A DNA stretch of 64,000 nt. Source: Methanomassiliicoccaceae archaeon (GTDB lineage Archaea > Thermoplasmatota > Thermoplasmata > Methanomassiliicoccales > UBA472). Made by a program: the position numbers and the translations under genes. Below, piece by piece: positions 1 through 9,853 of this stretch; the stretch's first letter is position 1, and each line of letters opens with the position of its first letter. Location of the stretch: positions 79,776 through 143,775 of the forward strand of contig CAVYIY010000005.1 in assembly GCA_963768775.1 (NCBI GenBank), in the 5' to 3' direction. The notes beneath the pieces were generated by a model that was not told the DNA's origin, searched no databases, and was given only the letters and a program-made list of their open reading frames with translations.

Positions 1-368
1 TATCTGGCCGTGAGGTGATAGTCGGCATGGTGCGAGACGACTCCTTCGGCCCGGTGGTCACATTCGGTCTAGGCGGGATATTCGTTGAGGTGATGAAGGA
101 CGTCACCCAACGCATCGCCCCTCTCTCCGATGAGGACATCGACGACATGATACATTCGATCAAAGCATATCCGATATTGACGGGAGCGAGGGGGAAGCGT
201 CCGGCGGACATCGCGGCGCTTAAGGACGTCATCAATCGCCTGGCACAGATCGCCCAGGACTTCCCCGAGATATCGGAGCTGGAGATCAACCCGGTAATAG
301 TAATGGACGAAGGCCAGGGGGTCAACGCGGTCGACGCCCTGGTCACGATCAAAGGGGGTAACAAATGA
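1..368 (+). CDS. Acyl-CoA synthetase (ADP-forming) beta/ATP-grasp domain, C-terminal part (5' truncated by window)
   Basis: Motifs D..FGPVVTFGLGGIFVE..KD, YPIL.G.RG and ISELEINP typical of ACD ATP-grasp domains. Confidence 0.85.
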   Translation, partial: SGREVIVGMVRDDSFGPVVTFGLGGIFVEVMKDVTQRIAPLSDEDIDDMIHSIKAYPILTGARGKRPADIAALKDVINRLAQIAQDFPEISELEINPVIVMDEGQGVNAVDALVTIKGGNK

Positions 369-1360
369 AGAGTCTCTTCTTAGGCTCGGCAATGGAGAAA
401 TCGGGAAAGACGATGGTGGCGCTGGGGATGGCCTTGAACTACCCGGGCAAGGTCGGCTATTACAAGCCGTTCATGGGGAACCTGATGGCCTATCACGAGA
501 TGGTCGCCGACCAGGACGCGTATTTGCTGAAGGAGGCGCTTAAACTCAAGGATAGCGAGGAGGCGTTGGCCCCATTCACCTACAACATATTCGACCCGGT
601 GCCCATGAGCGCGATCGTCGCCGGGTATGAGAAGGTGAGGAACAGCTACGACATGATGCTGGTGGAAGGCACGCGGGACATCGTTGCCGGTTCATTGCAC
701 AAGGTCTCTGGCCTCAGGATTGCGGAGGCGATATCGGCTGACGTCGTCCTGGTGTCGACCGCCCAGCCTATCGCCCTGGACAAGATCGCCATGCTCAGGA
801 GATGGATGGAGAACTACAAGGTCAACTTCAGAGGGGTGATCCTCAACCGCAACGACAATCTGGAGATCGAAGCGCTGCTGGAAGGCAAGGGGATCAAGGT
901 CTTCGGCTCCATCCCAGAGATACCGGAACTAGGGCAATACAGCGTCAAGGAGGTAGCGATAGCACTCAACGCCGAGGTGATCTCGGAGGAGGGGATGGAG
1001 AACCGAGTGGAGGAGATCATGGTCGGAGCGATGTACGAGGAGGCGGCGATCAAGATCATGCGCCGGGTGGCCAGGAAGGCACTGATCACCGGCGGGGACC
1101 GGGCGGACCTGCAGCTGGCGGCGCTGACCACGGATACGTCGTGCCTCATCCTCACCGGGGGAATGTACCCTTCCAAGACGGTGATTGCCAAGGCATACGA
1201 GGTCAGGGTGCCGATCCTGGTGACGTCCCAGGATACCCTGGCGGCGGCGGAGATGATCGATCACCTGATTGCGCGAATTGATCCAGAGGATGGCATGAAG
1301 ATCGCCAAGGTCAAGCAGGCGGTCAAGGAGCACGTGGACCTGAAGGCGATCTGGGACTGA
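365..1360 (+). CDS. Phosphotransacetylase N-terminal-like protein (BioD-like P-loop + DRTGG domain)
   Basis: SGKT P-loop, VGYYKP, LVEG, ITGGDRAD and LILTGG motifs; ATGA overlap with upstream gene. Confidence 0.85.
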   Translation: MKSLFLGSAMEKSGKTMVALGMALNYPGKVGYYKPFMGNLMAYHEMVADQDAYLLKEALKLKDSEEALAPFTYNIFDPVPMSAIVAGYEKVRNSYDMMLVEGTRDIVAGSLHKVSGLRIAEAISADVVLVSTAQPIALDKIAMLRRWMENYKVNFRGVILNRNDNLEIEALLEGKGIKVFGSIPEIPELGQYSVKEVAIALNAEVISEEGMENRVEEIMVGAMYEEAAIKIMRRVARKALITGGDRADLQLAALTTDTSCLILTGGMYPSKTVIAKAYEVRVPILVTSQDTLAAAEMIDHLIARIDPEDGMKIAKVKQAVKEHVDLKAIWD

Positions 1361-1405
1361 TTGGGGATTATAGCGCGGTAACGAGCTTGGGGGAAGCTAG
1401 CTTGA

Positions 1406-3820
1406 TCAGGCCTGAAGCACCAGGTCGCTGCTCCCGTCCTCCCGCTCACTCACCGTGATGACGTTGGACATCAGGTCCTTGACGTCCTCGATGTGCGTTA
1501 TCAAGAAGATCTGCTTGAACTGCTTCGACAGCTGCTCGAAAGCGTTCATGATGCCGCGCTTCCTCACCTGATCCTGCGACCCGAATATCTCGTCCAGGAT
1601 GAGGAAGTTCACCGCGCTTCCTGCCTTATCCGCGATTACCCGGGAGATCGCCAGCCGCAGGCAAAGGTTGGCGAGGTCCGTTTCTCCACCGGAGAACCGG
1701 GACAGGGCGTGCTTCTCCCCCTTGTCGAAGATGAAGATGTCGTAATTGTCGTCCAGCATCATCCCCTGGTACTTGTTGTCGGTGAGCTCGGTGAAGAGTA
1801 GGGCGGAGACCTCGGAAAGCGTGGGCACCACCCGGGCCATGACGTTCTTGCGGAACTCCCTCATCGCGGAGCTGAGGACCTGCTGCTCCTCCAGGCGGCG
1901 CATCGCCTCCTCGGCGCTCTTCTCCTGCCGCTCGAGGTCCTCCAGCCTCTCCCTTCTTCCCTTGAGCCCGCTCGACCTCGAGGCGAGCTCGCTCTGCAGC
2001 TTCGCCGAACTCGCCATCATGCCATCTTTCTTGGACGAGAGTTCATCGAGTTTCTGCTGCGTCCGCTGCAGCGATCCTGGCTCGTATCCCAGGTCCTTCA
2101 GCTGCCTTGCCACCTCGGCCTGCCTCGCCTCGATGGCCTCGCCCTTCCGCACCGCCCGTCCCCTCTCCTCCTCAAGCTCCGGCAATCTGGCAAGTTGCGT
2201 CCTCAGCTCGTTGAAGCGGTCCACCTTGGGCCTGAGCCGCACCAAGCCGGCTCTCACCGACTCATAGCGCTTTTCGTCGAAGTCGACTGCACCGAGGGAG
2301 GAAAGGCTCGCTTCTGAGGCTTTGCATTCCTCGCGCAGGACCACCAATTGGCCCTGCAATCGTTCCAGCGCCTCCTCCACCTTCGCCGCCTCATTGCATT
2401 TCTTCAGCAGCTCCCTCTTCCTATTCTCCAGCGCTTCGAGGCGCTCGCCCAGCTGCTTTGCGCTCGCCACCTGCATCTCCATCTCCAGCCTGAGCCTCTC
2501 CCTTTCCGCCGAACGTTCCGATGACCCCTTCTCCAGCTTCTGCAGCAGGAAACCATGCTGGTCGCAGAGCTCGCGCTCGCACGTCGGGCATTTCGATTGG
2601 GGGCCGAGCCGCCCTATCTCCTGGCGCTTCTCGTCGGCCTTGGCCTGCTCCTCCTCCAGCCGCTTGATGTCCAGCTCCGCCGACCGAGCATACTGCCGCT
2701 TCTCCTCGCGTTCCTGCCGGACCATCTCCATGTTCGCTTCGACGCGCTCGAGCGATCCGCGGGCTCCGGCGCATTCATTGGCAGTCACTTTTTTCGTCGC
2801 CAGCTCCAGCTCGACGCCGGCGATCTTCTTCTTCGATGCTTCCAGGACGGATAATAGGGACTTGCGCTGCTCCGCCCGCTTCAGCAGCTGGTCAAGGGCG
2901 TCCTTCTCCTTCGTCAGCTCATCGTACTTGCTCGCTTCCGGACCCAGGATTGCTAGTTCGGGCTGCCTGGAGCGGAGCGAGGAGAGGGAAACGTCAATGC
3001 GGCCGATCGCCTCGTTGACGGCCTTGAGCTCCGCCTCGCAACGGACTGCTTGCGTTTGCAGGTCGCGATGCTTCTCGTCTTTCTTCGTCAAGCCGTCCCT
3101 CTCGGACCGGGCGAGAACGATCTGCCCGTTGATGCCGTCCAGCTGCGCCTGGAGGGCGTCCACCTCTTTGCCGAGGCCGAGAACCCCCTCTTCGATGAGG
3201 CCGATGCCCTGCCGCTCCTGGTCCCTGCGGCTAATCCCTTCCGGGGTCACCAGGTCCCTTTGCAGGACATCCAGTCCGGCTTTCGACAGGTTGAGGTCGC
3301 GGTCGATGGTGCTGACCACCTCGTCCAGGCGGTCCACGCCCAGCATGCGCAGGACCAGCTTCTTCCGCTCGGCCGGATTGAGTATGGAGAGCGCGTTCAG
3401 CTCCTTCTGCCTGGCGAATACCGAAATGAAGAATGCCTTGTAGTCCATGCCCAGCAGCTTCTCGATCGCCTGGGTGACGCCCTTCTCGCCGCTCGCCTTG
3501 AGCTGGCCGTTCACGGTCAGGGAGGCATCGACGGCGTTCGACCGGCCCCGCATCGCCCGGTAGAGCTTGTACTCGTCGCCGGCGATCTCGAATACCAGGT
3601 TGACGGCGGTGTCCTCGTTCGCGCCGGCCCCCGCGTTGCGGATGCTCTCCTTGTTGGTTCGCACGATCATCTTCTCGTTGCCGTAAAGGGCCCAGGCGAC
3701 GGCCTCCACCAGCGTGGACTTGCCCACGCCGTTCTGGCCTAGGATGCCGACGACACCGTCAGGGAACTCGATGGCCGAGGAGCGGAACTTGCGGTAGTTG
3801 CGCAGTTCCAGGTATCTCAA
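1406..3820 (-). CDS. rad50: DNA double-strand break repair ATPase Rad50
   Basis: Walker A GQNGVGKS, long coiled coils, CPTC zinc hook, FSGGE signature, LILDE Walker B; TTG start overlaps mre11 stop. Confidence 0.95.
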   Translation of the reverse strand: MRYLELRNYRKFRSSAIEFPDGVVGILGQNGVGKSTLVEAVAWALYGNEKMIVRTNKESIRNAGAGANEDTAVNLVFEIAGDEYKLYRAMRGRSNAVDASLTVNGQLKASGEKGVTQAIEKLLGMDYKAFFISVFARQKELNALSILNPAERKKLVLRMLGVDRLDEVVSTIDRDLNLSKAGLDVLQRDLVTPEGISRRDQERQGIGLIEEGVLGLGKEVDALQAQLDGINGQIVLARSERDGLTKKDEKHRDLQTQAVRCEAELKAVNEAIGRIDVSLSSLRSRQPELAILGPEASKYDELTKEKDALDQLLKRAEQRKSLLSVLEASKKKIAGVELELATKKVTANECAGARGSLERVEANMEMVRQEREEKRQYARSAELDIKRLEEEQAKADEKRQEIGRLGPQSKCPTCERELCDQHGFLLQKLEKGSSERSAERERLRLEMEMQVASAKQLGERLEALENRKRELLKKCNEAAKVEEALERLQGQLVVLREECKASEASLSSLGAVDFDEKRYESVRAGLVRLRPKVDRFNELRTQLARLPELEEERGRAVRKGEAIEARQAEVARQLKDLGYEPGSLQRTQQKLDELSSKKDGMMASSAKLQSELASRSSGLKGRRERLEDLERQEKSAEEAMRRLEEQQVLSSAMREFRKNVMARVVPTLSEVSALLFTELTDNKYQGMMLDDNYDIFIFDKGEKHALSRFSGGETDLANLCLRLAISRVIADKAGSAVNFLILDEIFGSQDQVRKRGIMNAFEQLSKQFKQIFLITHIEDVKDLMSNVITVSEREDGSSDLVLQA

Positions 3821-4932
3821 TCTGATTCTTCCGCCTCCTGCAGGTAGTGAAGTCCGCGCTCGCGGATTCTGTCCTTGTTCGTCCGCTCCACTGGATGAGA
3901 CTCGAGGAACGAGACCCATTCCTTCTCCAGCGAATCGATGCTAGCACCGGAGGATTGCACGGAGGCGTTCTCTGGCGTTAGGTCGAGCTTCGGCTCGAAG
4001 TGCAATGCCGACGAGGTGAGCGAGCGGAGCCAGTGGAAATCGATCGACTTGTAGAGGCTCGACGGGACGCACTTGATCTGCATGCGCACCAGCTTGCCTT
4101 CCAGGTCGAGGTTCTGCAGTCGGGAGGAGATCTCGGAGCGGAGGCCGACCGCGTCTAGGGTGCGCGCATCAATCGGCGGCAGGTCGATCATCGGGCGGGA
4201 ATGGAGCTCCTTGAATTCCCTCTTCTTCTTCGCCAGGTCGACGAGCACGAAGCCCTTGCTCTCCCCCGCCTCCGCGAAAGAGAGGCGCTCGCTCGATCCG
4301 GAATAATAGGCGTTCTTGGTGACGTCGCAGTAATTGTGATAATGGCCCAGGGCGAAGTAGTCGAGGTCAGTGCGGAGCATCGAGGACGGCACGATCGACT
4401 CGTTGAACTCGCCCATGCGGAACATCCTCAGGCTGGAGACGCCCGCGTGGAGCATCCCCAGATTGTACTTCTTCTTGGAAGGGGAGAACTTGGTCAGTTC
4501 CTTGATCATCGTCTCCGGTTCGCAATGGGGGAGCGCGTGGACCGTCGCCTCGCCGATGTCCAGCCGCTCGTACTCGCCCTGATAGATCGGATACACGTCC
4601 TTCAGGTGCTCGAAGAGCCTGAACACGCTGCCAGTCTCGCGCAATTTCGGGGTGGAATGGTTTCCGGCAATCAGAACGACCGGGATTCCCGCTTCGGAGA
4701 AGCGCAGCAGCTGCTCCAGTGCCAGCGAAAGAGCGCGGTTCGAAGGGCGGACAGAATCGAACAGGTCGCCGGTATGCAACACCAGGTCCGGCTTCGCCTT
4801 GAGCGCCAAGTCAACGAACTCCACGAACGCCCTATAGAAATCCATCTCGCGCAGGTTCAGTCCGCTCGCCTCGTCGACCTTGGAGAAGGCTGAGAAGCCC
4901 AGATGAGTGTCGGAGACGTGTATGATGCGCAT
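3817..4932 (-). CDS. mre11: Mre11 nuclease
   Basis: HVSDTHLG, HTGDLFD, AGNHS, ALGHYH, YSGS phosphoesterase motifs; adjacent to rad50. Confidence 0.95.
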   Translation of the reverse strand: MRIIHVSDTHLGFSAFSKVDEASGLNLREMDFYRAFVEFVDLALKAKPDLVLHTGDLFDSVRPSNRALSLALEQLLRFSEAGIPVVLIAGNHSTPKLRETGSVFRLFEHLKDVYPIYQGEYERLDIGEATVHALPHCEPETMIKELTKFSPSKKKYNLGMLHAGVSSLRMFRMGEFNESIVPSSMLRTDLDYFALGHYHNYCDVTKNAYYSGSSERLSFAEAGESKGFVLVDLAKKKREFKELHSRPMIDLPPIDARTLDAVGLRSEISSRLQNLDLEGKLVRMQIKCVPSSLYKSIDFHWLRSLTSSALHFEPKLDLTPENASVQSSGASIDSLEKEWVSFLESHPVERTNKDRIRERGLHYLQEAEESD

Positions 4933-5024
4933 GCTACGTTGGCCTCGCAAGCTAGCGTCCCCATGGAGCTAGAGCGTTAAAATCGCTTTGCCACGGTGGC
5001 TCGAAAGTGTCTCCCGATTCCGGT

Positions 5025-6588
5025 TCAAAAGAACTTCTTGTCGGTGCTGGCCTTCTTCAGCTTCGCGGCTTCCGCCTCGGCCGCCATCAGGTTCTGCGCT
5101 TCCACGTACTCTTCGAACAAATGGATCTTCGCCGGCACCGCGAACGGGGTGAATGGTGATGCGATCAAGGTCTCGCCCGGCATCAGCATCTGGATCTCGT
5201 TGTCGAGCATGGAGATGTCCTGCTTGGCGCTGTTGCGCAGGATGTCCCGGTCGCGCTTGTCCGCCAGCCCGAGGATGAAGAGGGTGTTGAACTGCGAGAG
5301 TATCTCCTCGTTGATCAGCTTCGGCTGCTGCGATATGGCACATAGGCCGACCTTGAACTTGCGCCCCTCTCTGGCTATCTGGGAGAAGATGGTGCCCTTT
5401 CGCCTGCGAGAGCACGCGCTGCGCCTCCTCCATGGCGATGAGCAGGGGCGGCATCTTGTCGAACTTCTCCTTGTCCGCGTAGAGCGACTTGTTCCTCTCG
5501 AATATCGCTCTCGTCAGTACCGTCGAAACGAGCAGCTCCTCGGCTTCGAACATGTTGCTGGTATCTATCAGCACCACCTTGCCGTTCTGCAGGCAGTTGA
5601 GGATGTTGGAGGTGATGCTGAACTTCTCGTCGGTGGTGATGAGCTCGAAGCGGAAGATGTTGTCCAGGCGCCGCTTGATGACGTTGATGGAGCCTTCATG
5701 GAATCTTCCTTGCAGGTCCTGGCTGATGGCCGAGACCTCCTTCTGGTTCAACTCGAGCAGCCAGCGGTTGCCGTACTTCCACTGGGCCGCCTGCAGGCAC
5801 TCGAGCTGAGGTTGGGTGAACTCGTAGAGGTTCGCGAGGTCGTCGATCTCGATCTCCATGGCGGAGATCCTGAGGCTGTTGTACGGGCCATCTAGCTTCC
5901 TTGACGAGAAGACCTCCAGACCATCCTTGAAGGCCACGTGCCTTAGCCCCTTCTTCCCCGCTTCGCCCCCGTCATAGTACTCGCCGTGCGGGTCGAAGAT
6001 GAGGAAGCCATACTGGCGCAGCTTCATGCACGACAGGGCGAGATTCTTCATCAGGTTGCTCTTCCCCATCCCGGTGGTGGCGAAGATGCCGATGTGGTAG
6101 GGCATGGCCCTGCCCGAGAAGCCCACCGGAAGATCGAGGACGCGATCGCCGGATCGCAGATGGCCGACCTCCACGTCCCCCAGGTACTGCTTCAGGAAAT
6201 CGTAATCCTCTGAGGATGTCCGCCGGACCCGGGAGAAATGGGTGGGGATGGACTTGGTCTTGTGGAAGACGTTATTCTCGATGTATCCTAGGGGCGTGCT
6301 CACCCCTACCTTGTATAGCCGGTCAAGCAGGTTATCGATGACCACCTTCTCCTGAGATGAGTCTTTATGAAGCATCAGCCCCGCTTCGCGCTCCATCCAA
6401 TCTGGAGCTTCCATGTCTGCGCCATGCTCGATGTCCATGGTGCGAACGAGGTACATGGTTTCCGAGGATTCGTCCTCCACCACCAGCATCTCCCCTACCT
6501 GGAGCTTCTCTGTGCCTGGGGTCCGAAACCTGATCTCCATTACCCGATTCCCGAAAACCCGCCCAATGTGGCCCTCTCCGTCGATCAC
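5025..6588 (-). CDS. herA: HerA helicase/ATPase (one apparent frameshift near 5397)
   Basis: N-terminal HAS-barrel-like region, HIGIFATTGMGKS, FDPHGEY, MEEAQR; IAREGRKF..ISQQP continues in another frame to stop at 5025. Confidence 0.9.
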
Positions 6589-6795
6589 TCGGTCCCCATC
6601 CTGCCTTATATGCCGTCCATCATCGGCTCGATGGTTATTAACGGTTCCCTGGGTGCTCCGAAAATGGGCGTCGGGCGTTTCCGCGCTTTCGAGAGGATTC
6701 ATCGGCAGGATGCGAAAGCCTTTTTCTCCTCCTATGTTCGTAATGGTGCGGTCACTTTCATCATGATTCGATAAGGTTGCTCAGGATGGTTAGCC

Positions 6796-7458
6796 ATGGC
6801 GGAAATTGAGAAGTTCAAATGCAAGCTGGTAACTTACGATGAGATTTCGAAATGGACGCTGGACGTGGCAAGGCAGATCCAGGACTGCCGCTGCACGCCG
6901 ACCGTCATAATCGGCCTGACGCGAGGCGGCTGGATACCGGCGCGGCTGCTATGCGACTACCTGCACGTGAAGAAACTATATGCTGTCAAGACCGAGCATT
7001 GGGGCATCACCGCCAATCAGAACGGGAAAGCGCTTCTCACCCAAGAGCTGAACGCGGACATCGCGAATGAGACGGTGTTGATCGTCGATGACATCACTGA
7101 TACTGGCGAGAGCCTCAAACTGGCGGTCGCCCACATCAAGGAGATGAAGCCCAAGGAGATTAAGACCACCACCTTATTGCATATCTCCCATTCGACCATC
7201 GAGCCGGACTTCTATTCCGTGAAGGTGCCGGAGAACGATTGGACCTGGTTCATTTTCCCCTGGAATCTGCATGAGGATCTGCGCACGCTGCTGCCGAAGA
7301 CCCTGTACGAGGGAAAGACCGAGCAGGAGATCCGGCAGGCGTTCAAGGAGCAATTCCAGATCGATGTCAGCGAGGAGCTGGTGCGCGGGACGCTAAAGTT
7401 CCTGGAGGCCGAGAATAAAGCGAAGCGCACCGGCCGCCTCTGGATGAAGACTGCATGA
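6796..7458 (+). CDS. Type I phosphoribosyltransferase (purine PRTase-like)
   Basis: IGLTRGGWIPA, PRPP loop VLIVDDITDTGES, WFIFPW. Confidence 0.9.
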   Translation: MAEIEKFKCKLVTYDEISKWTLDVARQIQDCRCTPTVIIGLTRGGWIPARLLCDYLHVKKLYAVKTEHWGITANQNGKALLTQELNADIANETVLIVDDITDTGESLKLAVAHIKEMKPKEIKTTTLLHISHSTIEPDFYSVKVPENDWTWFIFPWNLHEDLRTLLPKTLYEGKTEQEIRQAFKEQFQIDVSEELVRGTLKFLEAENKAKRTGRLWMKTA

Positions 7459-7511
7459 TCTGTTGCATCGCACCAGAATCTTAATAGACCGAGATTAGAA
7501 TCATTTAGTCG

Positions 7512-8069
7512 ATGCTTGAGAGACTGAAGAAGTGCCTGGAGGCCGCGCCGGTCGTGCGCATGAACGATTACGATTACTTCGTCAACCCGATAACTGATGG
7601 CGTACCGAGAATGGACCCGATGGTGCTCGCCGAGACACTCGACGCGATCAAGGAGGTGGGGGACTTCCATTGCGACCTGATCGTGGCGCCGGAGGCGATG
7701 GGAATCCCTCTGGCGGTCCCGCTCTCCCTGGAGCTGGGCATCCCTTATGCGGTGCTCCGGAAACGGCGCTACGGCCTGCCGGGGGAACTGGAGATAAAGC
7801 AATGGACCGGCTATGCGCAGAGGGAGATGTTCATCAACGACATCAAGCCGGGGGAGCGAGTGGTCCTGGTCGACGATGTCATGAGCACCGGCGGGACCAT
7901 CAAGGCCGTCGTCCGGGGGCTGCGGGAGATCGGCGCCGAGATAGTGGATGTCATCGTGGTGGTGGAGAAGGGCGATGAGAGAGAGAAGATCGAGAAGGAG
8001 CTCGGCATCGTGATCAAGACCTTGGTGAAGGTGAAGGTTAGGGACGGCAAGCTGGTCGTCCTCAGTTGA
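7512..8069 (+). CDS. hpt: Archaeal hypoxanthine/guanine (adenine-type) phosphoribosyltransferase
   Basis: YFVNPITDG.P, PEAMGIP, RKR.YGLPGE, VVLVDDVMSTGGT. Confidence 0.85.
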   Translation: MLERLKKCLEAAPVVRMNDYDYFVNPITDGVPRMDPMVLAETLDAIKEVGDFHCDLIVAPEAMGIPLAVPLSLELGIPYAVLRKRRYGLPGELEIKQWTGYAQREMFINDIKPGERVVLVDDVMSTGGTIKAVVRGLREIGAEIVDVIVVVEKGDEREKIEKELGIVIKTLVKVKVRDGKLVVLS

Positions 8070-8847
8070 CCAGTCTTCTCTTCATCAGGTAGATTGCCGC
8101 GTAGAAGCAGATGGCGGTGAGCACGATCAAGTAGATGCACCCCCAGAGGTCGGCATAGGAGTAAGTACCCAAGGAGAAGTCGCGCATCATCGTCGCCACG
8201 TGCGTCAGCGGGAACGCCAAGGCTACCTCCTGAACGGCGGTGGGAAGCACGGTCAGCGGGAAGAAGGTGCCGCTGAAAAGGAACATCGGCGTGATGAACA
8301 GGAAGAATGGATAATTGAAAGAGTCGATGTTCGGGACCAGCGCAGTGAAGATCATGGCCATGGCGGCGAAGGCCAATCCTGCAAGCAGCGCGACGAACGG
8401 GATGAGCAGCACGCCGGGCAGGGTGGCCAGTCCGAAGACGAGGATGACAACGGTTACGATGGTGCCGTTGATCACGCTCTTTGTCGCACCCCAGAGTATC
8501 TCCCCGGTGATCACCTCCTCCATGCTGATCGGCGTGGCGACGATGGCGTCGAACGTCTTCTGGTAATGCATGCGCACGAAGGAGCCGTAGGTGCATTCGA
8601 AGAACGCGCCGTACATGGCGGAGATGGCGATCAGCCCTGGTCCGAGGAACTGCGCGTAGCTGAATTTATTGTACGGCGCCGGCAAAGCGTTCACCAGCAT
8701 GCCGAACCCGAAGCCCATGGCCAGGAGGTAGAGGATGGGCTCGAGGAAGGGCGGCAGGAAGTTCGTTTTCCAGGTAAGGAAGAACACGTCCTTGTTGCGC
8801 GCCCATACTGTCATCGAGCGCCAAGAGATGTTCCGGATGATGCTCAT
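8062..8847 (-). CDS. ABC-2 type transporter permease (NodJ-like)
   Basis: Multiple TM segments; EPILYL.AMG.G.G, TPMFLFSGTFFP. Confidence 0.9.
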   Translation of the reverse strand: MSIIRNISWRSMTVWARNKDVFFLTWKTNFLPPFLEPILYLLAMGFGFGMLVNALPAPYNKFSYAQFLGPGLIAISAMYGAFFECTYGSFVRMHYQKTFDAIVATPISMEEVITGEILWGATKSVINGTIVTVVILVFGLATLPGVLLIPFVALLAGLAFAAMAMIFTALVPNIDSFNYPFFLFITPMFLFSGTFFPLTVLPTAVQEVALAFPLTHVATMMRDFSLGTYSYADLWGCIYLIVLTAICFYAAIYLMKRRLVN

Positions 8848-9755
8848 TCCTTCAGCCCTCTGCCGGTGAGCCGGAGGAAGACGTCCTCCAGGGTGGCATC
8901 GCGCGCGATGACGTTTGCGTTGGGCAGATCCTGGAGGAGCTTCTCCCTGACCGCTCGGCGGTCGTTGGTGTAGATGAAGATGCGATCGATGGTCTTTTCC
9001 ATGGTCCAGCCGTTGCGGCGCAAGATCTCTTCCGCGCCCTCCTCCGGGTTGACGACCTCCACCACCCCCCGCCCCACCTGGCCCTCGATGAGTTGCTGCG
9101 GCTCCCCCTCGACCAGTATCTTGCCTTTCTCCATGATGACCAATCGGTCGCAGAGCTGCTGCGCCTCGTCCATGTAATGGGTGGTGATGATGACGGTTAC
9201 GCCCTTCTTCTTCAGCTCTCTTATCTTGTCCCAGATCAAATGCCTGGCCTGCGGGTCGAGACCGGTGGTTGGTTCGTCGAGAATGAGGAGCTTCGGTTCG
9301 TTGATCAGCGCCCTGGCCATGATCAGGCGGCGCTTCATTCCCCCAGAGATCTTAGGGATGAGCACATCCGCTTTTTCCGTCAGTTGCATGAATTCCAGGA
9401 GCTCGCATGCCCTCTTCTCCGCCACGCTTCGCTCGATGCCGAAGTAGCGCGCGTGCACCACCAGGTTCCGGATTACGGTAAAATCCGGATCGAGATTGTC
9501 CTCCTGCGGCGCGACGCCCAGAACAGCCTTGATCCGCCGCTGGTCCTTGTTCACATCCATGTCGAGGACGCTCAATTTGCCCGATGTGACCGGAGAGACG
9601 CATTGGATCATGCGGATGGTGGTAGTCTTACCGGCACCATTCGGACCGAGGAAGCCGAAACACTCGCCTTCGTGGATGGCGAAGCTGATGCCGTCCACCG
9701 CGGTCAGGTCCTCGAATTTCTTGGTCAGCCCCTCGGCGACGATAACCTCTTTCAT
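8844..9755 (-). CDS. ABC transporter ATP-binding protein (NodI/DrrA-like)
   Basis: GPNGAGKTT, ISGGMKRR, LDEPTTGLDP, TTHYMDEA, LEDVFL.LTG. Confidence 0.95.
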   Translation of the reverse strand: MKEVIVAEGLTKKFEDLTAVDGISFAIHEGECFGFLGPNGAGKTTTIRMIQCVSPVTSGKLSVLDMDVNKDQRRIKAVLGVAPQEDNLDPDFTVIRNLVVHARYFGIERSVAEKRACELLEFMQLTEKADVLIPKISGGMKRRLIMARALINEPKLLILDEPTTGLDPQARHLIWDKIRELKKKGVTVIITTHYMDEAQQLCDRLVIMEKGKILVEGEPQQLIEGQVGRGVVEVVNPEEGAEEILRRNGWTMEKTIDRIFIYTNDRRAVREKLLQDLPNANVIARDATLEDVFLRLTGRGLKE

Positions 9756-9853
9756 TTGCCCCACGACATCGGAGCCACAGGCAATTAAAGGTGCTTGTTC
9801 CGAATGCTGAGAGTAGTGGCCTTGCTGATTTCGCCGCAGGCGGAAATGCGCCC

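Noticed and set aside
1493-3742. Long antisense ORFs opposite rad50 and other genes
   Set aside because: Shadow ORFs expected in high-GC coding DNA; Ser/Arg-rich with no motifs.
5390-5405. Regulatory frameshift in herA (GCG AAA GGG C)
   Set aside because: One extra base in short homopolymers, no canonical slippery heptamer; fits the contig's error pattern.
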